IMG/VR virus record: IMGVR_UViG_3300032233_002807
Span: 1-25,557 of that record
Direction: 5' to 3' (one strand)
Source of the DNA: a virus
Lineage: Duplodnaviria; Caudoviricetes
DNA length: 25,557 nucleotides
Shown here: in pieces, positions 20,008 through 25,557 of the stretch
Position numbering within the stretch: the stretch's first letter is position 1
Layout of the letters: the number at the start of each line of letters is the position of its first letter
The notes under the pieces: model-generated
Databases searched by the model: none
The model's input: only the letters and a program-made list of their open reading frames with translations
What the model was told of the DNA's origin: nothing
Position numbers and translations under genes: made by a program

Positions 20008-21972
20008 TTATCTTACTAAAAGTCCGTTTGTGTAACTTGAAGAAACTATGTAGTTTCCTCCTGATATGTCGTAACCTGATGAAATTTGATCTGGTTTTGA
20101 ATCAATAACTGTTTTAGATATATCTAATTGAAGATATAAATCTTGAAGTCCAATCACATCATTTGAATATGGTGATACAGAAATTTCAATTAAAGGGAAT
20201 GTTCTATTGATGGCAGTGTTTATAATATTAATAGGGAATAAATTTATTTCTCCTTTAATATAATCAATCGTTCCAACAGATTTTCTAATAATTTCTGGTT
20301 GGGTAGGAGAATTTAATTTAAATAAGAAAATAGATCCAGTTTGTTTATCTTGATTTGGTATATCTGAAAGATATACTGTGCCGACAATTCCACTTACATT
20401 AAATCCAGATGATTTTATATTAAAACTGTTTTCACTAATTCCATTTATATTTAACCCAGAGTATTCCACGTTCAAAACTTTTTCATTTTTAATATGAAAT
20501 CTATTACCAAAACAAATTTCATACTCCGTAAAACTATTTAATATAGGTCGTAAATCTCTTCTCATCACGACAGTAGTAATATTAGAGGTAATTGCATCAC
20601 TGCTATCATCAATAATTTTTAAAAATTTACTATATTTAAATCTTGCTCCAAATTTATTTAACTCTGAAGATTTTGCATATCTTTCAATCGTGCTTGAAAC
20701 AATTGATGTGATTGAATTTGCAGATTGTGCTAGATTAGTATTATAATATGCATTAATATTTGGTTCAAGATAAAGATATTTCAAGTCTATAATTTCTGGT
20801 ATAATTCCTGCTACAGAATATTTTTTAATTTCACTTTCAATATTGTCTTTAATTAGATTGGATAAATATGCACCATTTGTTGGTTTGATACTAATAAAAA
20901 CCTTACCAAACTGTGGAGGAGTTAAATCTTCGCCACCAAAGACTGATATTGATTCGGTTTCTGGATAAATGGTTGGAATAATTGATTCATAATCTCTTGC
21001 CGTCACTGCTCTATTCTGAGATGCATAAATTCTTGATGCATATTTTTTTATTGATTCTACGCTTTCAATTTCCTTTCCGGAAAATGATGTCTCATTAGTT
21101 GTAATTAAAGATATTCCCGATGCAATAACAATAGATTCTCTTGGCGAAATAATTTTTCCACTAAAATTAAATTGAGAAACACCATTTCCCAACTCACCAT
21201 TTGAAACTAAATATGAAACTTGAATATAGTTTGGAGATTCTAATTTTGCACCAAACACACCATCTCCAAAAATTAATTCATATCTTTCATCTTCTATTTC
21301 TTGAACAAAAAAGACTGGCGATTCTGAAGTTAGTGTGAATAAACTATCTGCTTGTCTATATTTTCTACTAATATCAGATAGAGCACTTGGTTTTACAATA
21401 ACTCGAATTGAAGAAGTGTCAACTTTGGAGTTTGGAAGAATAAATCTTTGATTTGGATTGAAAGAATCTACAGTAAAATTTGTCGTAATATAAGTTCCTT
21501 CATAAACATCAACATCATCAAAAGATGCAATGTTATCAACTACTGGAACCGCAACATCGTCCAAAACACAAAAAGTATAACTTTGACTTCCAAAAGTATT
21601 TGTAGAGCAAACAACTCCTTTATTAAGAGTTAACGTTTCTGGTTTAACTGGATATGCAGTATTAGATGAGGTATCTACAAAGAAAGATATATTTGCTCGT
21701 GAAGATTTGGATGATTTTGGTACATATCCAATATTTCGCGCAAGAGAGACTACATTTTCTCTGAGAGTTGCACTATCAATAAAAACTTCATTCGATACCA
21801 TGTTGGCATTATATGAAGTTATGTACGTATTATACGCAAGCACATCAATAATTGTGGATAAGTTAGATCCCTCAAAATCATAATCGGTAAAGTTTGAGTT
21901 GGATCTAAGATAATCCTTAATGGATGTCTTAATTTGATCGAAGTCTAGATTTGCAAAATTAACTAATGGCAT
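20008..21972 (-). CDS. gp6: Baseplate wedge subunit gp6 (T4-like)
   Basis: 654-aa ORF with LDFDQIKTSIKDYL, FTDYDFEGSNLS..IDVLAYNTY, FIDSATLRENVVSLARNIGYVP, YELIFGDG and QNRAVTARDYE. Confidence 0.95.
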   Translation of the reverse strand: MPLVNFANLDFDQIKTSIKDYLRSNSNFTDYDFEGSNLSTIIDVLAYNTYITSYNANMVSNEVFIDSATLRENVVSLARNIGYVPKSSKSSRANISFFVDTSSNTAYPVKPETLTLNKGVVCSTNTFGSQSYTFCVLDDVAVPVVDNIASFDDVDVYEGTYITTNFTVDSFNPNQRFILPNSKVDTSSIRVIVKPSALSDISRKYRQADSLFTLTSESPVFFVQEIEDERYELIFGDGVFGAKLESPNYIQVSYLVSNGELGNGVSQFNFSGKIISPRESIVIASGISLITTNETSFSGKEIESVESIKKYASRIYASQNRAVTARDYESIIPTIYPETESISVFGGEDLTPPQFGKVFISIKPTNGAYLSNLIKDNIESEIKKYSVAGIIPEIIDLKYLYLEPNINAYYNTNLAQSANSITSIVSSTIERYAKSSELNKFGARFKYSKFLKIIDDSSDAITSNITTVVMRRDLRPILNSFTEYEICFGNRFHIKNEKVLNVEYSGLNINGISENSFNIKSSGFNVSGIVGTVYLSDIPNQDKQTGSIFLFKLNSPTQPEIIRKSVGTIDYIKGEINLFPINIINTAINRTFPLIEISVSPYSNDVIGLQDLYLQLDISKTVIDSKPDQISSGYDISGGNYIVSSSYTNGLLVR

Positions 21973-22373
21973 TATCGTGTTGGCTGTAATGCAAATGATA
22001 ACTGTTGTGGTTGTGCTTCAATTCCAACGATATAATATTTAATTGTTACATTAAGTTCGCCGTTGTCATAATCAGGAGTTGCATCAACTGATATTAATTG
22101 AACTCTTGGTTCATAATTATTGATTGTATTTTCAATTTCATCTCTTACAGATGAAGCAGTAATATCGTTAAGTGATTCAAATAACAAAGAACTCACTCTT
22201 GAACCCAAATTATTATTAAAAAATCGCTCACCTCTATCTGTAAGTACAAGATTACGTAAAGAGCGAGCAATTGCATTTTCATTTGTAAGCGCAATTATAT
22301 CATATGTCAGAGGATTAACCTGAAATGACATACTAACATCTTTAAATGACTTGCTAACGCGCTCTACAGGCAT
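21972..22373 (-). CDS. gp25: Baseplate wedge subunit gp25 (sheath initiator)
   Basis: 133-aa ORF with FKDVSMSF..NP, AI.RSLRNLVLT..GERFF...LGS and I..YEPRV. Its stop overlaps the gp6 start (TAATG). Confidence 0.95.
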   Translation of the reverse strand: MPVERVSKSFKDVSMSFQVNPLTYDIIALTNENAIARSLRNLVLTDRGERFFNNNLGSRVSSLLFESLNDITASSVRDEIENTINNYEPRVQLISVDATPDYDNGELNVTIKYYIVGIEAQPQQLSFALQPTR

Positions 22374-22393
22374 TGAATATTATAATTCTATCT

Positions 22394-22400
22394 TATTTAT
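22394..22400 (-). promoter_or_regulatory. T4-like late promoter upstream of gp25
   Basis: Minus strand GAATAAATAAGATAG contains ATAAATA in the intergenic gap, ~21 nt before the gp25 ATG. Confidence 0.75.
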
Positions 22401-22403
22401 TCA

Positions 22404-22622
22404 TCAAAATTCAGTTAATGGAATTGGTTCTGTACCATATTCCCAATCATCATAATCATCATCATTACGAATCTTCTCATGAATTTCTTTCTGAACTTGA
22501 AAATCGTGCTTCTTGGGAGTTAAGTCGTCATTTGAAATTTCCCTAAGCATCTTTTTATTTTCTGTAATGTTGCTCCATGTCTGATACATGTATTCTTTAT
22601 CTCTATCTGATTGACTTGCCAT
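22404..22622 (-). CDS. Small acidic hypothetical protein (72 aa)
   Basis: ORF with a strong Shine-Dalgarno (AGGAG) 6 nt before the ATG and an acidic C-terminus IRNDDDYDDWEYGTEP. Confidence 0.8.
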   Translation of the reverse strand: MASQSDRDKEYMYQTWSNITENKKMLREISNDDLTPKKHDFQVQKEIHEKIRNDDDYDDWEYGTEPIPLTEF

Positions 22623-22714
22623 CTGATTCTCCTGATTTTAATAAATCAGAACTTTTTACGGGGTTGCTATCCCGAATAAGTTTAAGTGCTAGTACAAAGG
22701 CATATAAGTGCCTT
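22623..22714 (-). promoter_or_regulatory. Structured 5' leader of three hairpins; the last covers the Shine-Dalgarno
   Basis: Minus-strand stems: AAGGCA/TGCCTT, CGGG/CCCG, and TTCTGATTT/AAATCAGGA (9 bp with one G-U), the last covering most of AGGAG. Confidence 0.6.
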
Positions 22715-22919
22715 AGAGAGAATTCTGTATCTGATTACGATGAAGAGTATAATTTTTTTGAATTCTAATATCAGAATTCTTAAATGTCCAACACTCACTA
22801 CTACTATCTAGAAACACAACCCATTCCAAATCGTGTTCTTGAGAACGATCTATACAAAAAAAAGCCCAACCGTTACCCTTTGGGGTAACAACTGGGATTT
22901 GGGGATTTAATTGAATCAT
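22713..22919 (-). CDS. Small hypothetical protein (68 aa, beta-rich)
   Basis: ORF MIQLNPQIPVVTPKGNGWAFFCID...WVVFLD..SECWTF. Its ATG directly follows the upstream stop (TAAATG). Confidence 0.8.
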   Translation of the reverse strand: MIQLNPQIPVVTPKGNGWAFFCIDRSQEHDLEWVVFLDSSSECWTFKNSDIRIQKNYTLHRNQIQNSL

Positions 22920-23057
22920 TTATCTACCTTGTCCTCTGTATTTCTTCTTACGTCCATTACGAGACGTTGCACTGAGCAATGTACGTGATGATCGTCCTTG
23001 ACGTGTCTTCTTTGGTGATCCTGATTCAAATAAAGTTTTAGTTCCGCCTTTCGACAT
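22920..23057 (-). CDS. Small, highly basic protein (45 aa), possibly nucleic-acid binding
   Basis: Translated by hand: MSKGGTKTLFESGSPKKTRQGRSSRTLLSATSRNGRKKKYRGQGR*. A GGAGG Shine-Dalgarno lies upstream, and both neighbours abut it through TAAATG junctions. Confidence 0.85.
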   Translation of the reverse strand: MSKGGTKTLFESGSPKKTRQGRSSRTLLSATSRNGRKKKYRGQGR

Positions 23058-23213
23058 TTAAATTTCCTCCAGTTCAATTTCATTTGGATTTATATCTTCA
23101 CCCGAGTAAAAACGCTCAGAGAAGTCTTGTAGAATCTCACTACAGTCTTCTATAGTGAGATTCAAATAAATTTTACGCCCTTTGTATAAGATATTATACC
23201 GAGTTTCGTTCAT
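23058..23213 (-). CDS. Small acidic hypothetical protein (51 aa)
   Basis: Translated by hand: MNETRYNILYKGRKIYLNLTIEDCSEILQDFSERFYSGEDINPNEIELEEI*. Its ATG overlaps the upstream stop (TGATG) and it fills the gap exactly. Confidence 0.8.
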   Translation of the reverse strand: MNETRYNILYKGRKIYLNLTIEDCSEILQDFSERFYSGEDINPNEIELEEI

Positions 23214-23980
23214 CAAATAATACGAGTTTTTTCATGTCCCACACGAATACGAGGATCGCACCATGTAACCATACCAGCATCCTTTGCATCAAGACAGAAT
23301 GAAACATCCTCACCACACATATCCTGTACGGCACCAGAATTAAAGACTTGCATCTTCGGAGCAAACCATGGATACTCAAGACGTTCAAAAACGCCGTGCT
23401 TAATCATAACCCAACCAAATCCAGTATAATCTACTGTGAAAGGCTTTCTACGCTTTGAGATTGAATCAACAGTTTCATGATTCATCACTCCACCATTCTT
23501 ACGGAAATCTTCTTCATCTAACCAGTGTGCGACAGAAGTTGTGTGTCCATCCTCTGTTGCATACCAACCAGAAACAATCTCTTTATGTTCTCCTTCTGCA
23601 TTCAGAGCCAAATCACAGAGTTGCCAGAACTTGTTAGTGTCAAAGACAATATCAGAGTCAATCCAAAGTTGATAATCATATTGCAATTTTCCATCCCAAG
23701 GAATTTGCTTAGGACCTCTGAGAACATTTGCTCCAAGACATTTGCAACGTGCAAAGTTAACCATCGATGAATAATCTTGAGAGATTTGAATACTCATTCC
23801 ATTTTGAACCATATCAAAACAGAGTTGTACAAATGCTTTCAGAAAAATATAAGAACATCCTCTACCAGGAAGACAGAAGACAATCGATTTCCCTCTCATT
23901 CTTTCTTTAATTGCATCGTAGTCCCACTCTTCAGATGATTTTTGTGGTGCTACAGTTTTAACAGTAAATCCTTTTGCCAT
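23213..23980 (-). CDS. GT-A-fold (family 2-like) glycosyltransferase-like protein
   Basis: 255 aa with GT-A hallmarks: N-terminal strand IVFCLPG, NFARC, DxD motif in YDYQLWIDSDIVF, TGFGWVMIK..VFE, GEDVSFC and C-terminal GH.K. Confidence 0.8.
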   Translation of the reverse strand: MAKGFTVKTVAPQKSSEEWDYDAIKERMRGKSIVFCLPGRGCSYIFLKAFVQLCFDMVQNGMSIQISQDYSSMVNFARCKCLGANVLRGPKQIPWDGKLQYDYQLWIDSDIVFDTNKFWQLCDLALNAEGEHKEIVSGWYATEDGHTTSVAHWLDEEDFRKNGGVMNHETVDSISKRRKPFTVDYTGFGWVMIKHGVFERLEYPWFAPKMQVFNSGAVQDMCGEDVSFCLDAKDAGMVTWCDPRIRVGHEKTRII

Positions 23981-24004
23981 AAGTTTTAAGTAACCTTCAG
24001 TTCA

Positions 24005-24033
24005 ATTTTATCAGTTTATTTAAAATTTGTCAA
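24005..24033 (-). promoter_or_regulatory. Near-consensus sigma70-type promoter for the glycosyltransferase-like gene cluster
   Basis: Minus strand TTGACA (24033-24028), a 17-nt spacer, then TAAAAT (24010-24005). The spacer also contains TAAATA. Confidence 0.8.
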
Positions 24034-24035
24034 TC

Positions 24036-24227
24036 TCAATGTGATGAGTTTAATGCAGTCTCTTTATTCACTAATAATTCCTCATAAGACAAATCATCAG
24101 TTGTATAATCAGTTCTCATTAAACCAACCATATTATTCAGTGTCTTCCATGTTGCTTGGAATTCTTCTTCTTTTATTGAATGCAATAAACATCTATCTTT
24201 TGCATAGATGTGATATATTTTTTCCAT
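24036..24227 (-). CDS. Small hypothetical protein (63 aa)
   Basis: ORF MEKIYHIYAKDRCLLHSIKEEEF..., on the same strand as its neighbours and resembling the 51-aa ORF at 23058-23213. Confidence 0.8.
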   Translation of the reverse strand: MEKIYHIYAKDRCLLHSIKEEEFQATWKTLNNMVGLMRTDYTTDDLSYEELLVNKETALNSSH

Positions 24228-24269
24228 TGGGGGGTTAAAAAATATTGCCGAAAAATTTTTCAGTAACTT

Positions 24270-24419
24270 TTATTTTGTTACTGCATTATATATCACCATA
24301 ATACAAATCCCCAACCCAACAAAAATTGGACGGGGATTTCGGATAACCCAACCTGCTAATACAACTCTCCAGAAATTCCAATAAGGACTTCTTCTGTGGG
24401 GGTTTCGGGGACTAATCAT
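24270..24419 (-). CDS. Small membrane peptide (49 aa); start probably at 24419 rather than 24560
   Basis: MISPRNPHRRSPYWNFWRVVLAGWVIRNPRPIFVGLGICIMVIYNAVTK, with GGAG just upstream of the ATG at 24419 and a hydrophobic C-terminal segment. The longer start in the track runs through a C8 run and A-tract non-coding-looking DNA. Confidence 0.6.
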   Translation of the reverse strand: MISPRNPHRRSPYWNFWRVVLAGWVIRNPRPIFVGLGICIMVIYNAVTK

Positions 24420-24562
24420 AACTCCGGGAATTTTTTTTATAGATTGATATTGAGCTCGCGTTTTGTCACCTCTGTAGGTTAGGGACTTATTGATTTTTAT
24501 AAACGGGGGGGGCGCAACGCCAACCATAAACAATAAACGCGCAATCGCAATCACTGCCAATA

Positions 24563-24635
24563 ACTAATAAACAACGAATCACTGTTTATTAGTAATACGA
24601 ACTCACTGTCTATTACTATTAAACAGTGAGTTCGT
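24563..24635. repeat. Two adjacent perfect inverted repeats (11 bp and 13 bp)
   Basis: ACTAATAAACA (24563-24573) pairs with TGTTTATTAGT (24583-24593). ACGAACTCACTGT (24597-24609) pairs with ACAGTGAGTTCGT (24623-24635). Confidence 0.85.
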
Positions 24636-24644
24636 TATACAATC

Positions 24645-24685
24645 AACGAAATGTGCGTCCCCCAAGTATCACCCAGAGGACGCAC
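24645..24685 (-). terminator. Probable intrinsic terminator after the small early ORFs
   Basis: Minus strand GTGCGTCC-TCTGGGT-GAT-ACTTGGG-GGACGCAC forms 8 perfect bp plus 7 more using G-U pairs that work only on the minus strand. It is followed by ATTTCGTT, a weak U-tract, and lies just downstream of the stop at 24700. Confidence 0.55.
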
Positions 24686-24699
24686 GAGTTGACTATACT

Positions 24700-24870
24700 T
24701 TACGCTGCCACTTCCCCCAGAGTAGGAATACCAAGTGCTGCCTCAATCTGTGGCGACTCGATATAATCGAAACCACTCACATTATCAGCAACGATTGCAT
24801 CGAGAATGTTCAAGATTTCGTTGCCAGTGTTACCTTGGGCGAGCAGGGAAAGAATCACGGACTTGGACAT
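24700..24870 (-). CDS. Small hypothetical protein (56 aa), probably early
   Basis: Translated by hand: MSKSVILSLLAQGNTGNEILNILDAIVADNVSGFDYIESPQIEAALGIPTLGEVAA*. It is followed by a terminator-like hairpin. Confidence 0.75.
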   Translation of the reverse strand: MSKSVILSLLAQGNTGNEILNILDAIVADNVSGFDYIESPQIEAALGIPTLGEVAA

Positions 24871-24899
24871 AATAACGAAGCAAAGTGTAGTGAACTGTT

Positions 24900-24928
24900 C
24901 TGGGTAGTTTATAGTCTTGCCCAGGACT
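24900..24928 (-). other. Candidate compact H-type RNA pseudoknot in an intergenic leader
   Basis: Minus strand AGTC-CTGGGCAA-GACT-ATAAAC-TACCCAG: stem 1 AGTC/GACT, stem 2 CTGGG/CCCAG. Confidence 0.45.
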
Positions 24929-24939
24929 GTTTGTGTTAC

Positions 24940-25266
24940 TTAAGCAGCAACAAGATCTTCAATCTTATGTGCCAGAAGTTCGATGCGATTGTAGACACTC
25001 ACTGTGAACACATAAAGTTTATCAAACAGACGTGTTTTGTTGTTGATAAACAGTACGGTTTGGTGAGCATACGTCAGCAGTTGTTCTTTGCCACCAGACT
25101 GATACCACTGTGCTGCCTTGTTGTACACAAACTGCGCAGCACCCACAATGATACCCAGAACTGTGGCACTAATGATCACGAATTGAGCAAACAGTTTCTG
25201 ATAGTCTACCTTGGTAAATTGCACCAGGAGAGCATCAGCAGGGGGGAAACCGATTGTGTTGTTCAT
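24940..25266 (-). CDS. Hypothetical membrane protein (108 aa); start probably MNNTIGFPP at 25266
   Basis: Hydrophobic segment FVIISATVLGIIVGAAQF. The track's start at 25344 lies inside the predicted promoter, so the second Met is preferred. Confidence 0.7.
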   Translation of the reverse strand: MNNTIGFPPADALLVQFTKVDYQKLFAQFVIISATVLGIIVGAAQFVYNKAAQWYQSGGKEQLLTYAHQTVLFINNKTRLFDKLYVFTVSVYNRIELLAHKIEDLVAA

Positions 25267-25314
25267 AGTAAGAATGTGTGGTGGGGTTTGAATGCTTCCC
25301 TCACCAACAAATGT

Positions 25315-25372
25315 ACAATACCAGATCTGAGGCGCTGTGCTCATTTATTGTGCCACTTTCACAAGCGTCACA
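25315..25372 (-). promoter_or_regulatory. Early-type promoter: imperfect palindrome upstream of an extended -10
   Basis: TGTGCCACTT-TCAC-AAGCGTCACA (25349-25372, arms 8/10 complementary), followed 28 nt downstream on the minus strand by TGnTATTGT (-10 at 25320-25315). There is no good -35. Confidence 0.6.
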
Positions 25373-25380
25373 CATTCTTA

Positions 25381-25545
25381 TCAGTATCTGTCGAACTCTT
25401 CGATATAAACCTCGACGCTCTCTGATGGTTCCAATTCGAATAACTTACTGAAGTCAATATCCCGTGCATTAAAGTCACTCAGAACTGATAGATCCAGAGT
25501 GATTCTAACGTGTTGCTTCTGCGCAGACTGATACGATACCGACAT
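25381..25545 (-). CDS. Small acidic hypothetical protein (54 aa)
   Basis: Translated by hand: MSVSYQSAQKQHVRITLDLSVLSDFNARDIDFSKLFELEPSESVEVYIEEFDRY*, with a double stop TGATAA and GGAG upstream of the ATG. Confidence 0.75.
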   Translation of the reverse strand: MSVSYQSAQKQHVRITLDLSVLSDFNARDIDFSKLFELEPSESVEVYIEEFDRY

Positions 25546-25557
25546 GAGTGTGCTCCG

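Noticed and set aside
7065-22323. Plus-strand ORFs inside gp8, gp7, gp6 and gp25 (7065, 7265, 8581, 10958, 15247, 15439, 19224, 21448, 22120)
   Set aside because: All lie fully antisense to well-supported structural genes. The P/T/V/A-rich ones simply mirror Gly/Ser/Thr-rich codons.
22577-24238. ORFs 22577-22768 (+), 23194-23388 (-), 23455-23637 (+), 23525-23770 (+) and 24041-24238 (+)
   Set aside because: They overlap better-supported minus-strand genes or the structured leader, and their composition is not protein-like.
24535-24690. Possible mini-CRISPR array or tRNA in the repeat-rich intergenic region
   Set aside because: The repeats are short (~11 nt), imperfect and irregularly spaced, without ~30-nt spacers. 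I see no cloverleaf with a T-loop and acceptor stem.
24969-24976. A second TGTGCCA half-site near the end of the 108-aa ORF
   Set aside because: It lies in coding sequence with no properly spaced partner arm, so it is probably coincidental.
24835-25425. 196-aa plus-strand ORF
   Set aside because: It is antisense to three plausible minus-strand ORFs and spans their promoter and intergenic structures. Its Cys/His-rich composition is typical of a shadow frame, though not formally excluded.

Overview
A segment of a T4-like cyanomyovirus-type phage genome, with all credible genes on the minus strand. In transcription order (right to left) it has four parts. (1) A more GC-rich block of small, probably early ORFs (24700-25545), with an upstream palindromic motif and extended -10 promoter. 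(2) A structured non-coding junction of tandem hairpins and short repeats (~24420-24690). (3) A cluster of small genes around a GT-A-fold glycosyltransferase-like gene (22404-24419). (4) A late baseplate block: gp25, gp6, a 4027-aa gp7-like wedge protein, gp8, and a >2100-aa VrlC/DUF4815-like structural protein that runs off the left edge and is missing from the ORF track. I also found several small ORFs the track omits. The most interesting observations are: the glycosyltransferase flanked by two apparently paralogous small proteins next to giant virion proteins full of G-[VI]-G-[ST] motifs (possible virion glycosylation); a structured leader that can hide a Shine-Dalgarno sequence; a compact H-type pseudoknot; two adjacent small proteins ending in an ssrA-like -VAA; and a split YHYH-like domain in gp7. 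All product calls come from motif recognition by eye, not database searches.
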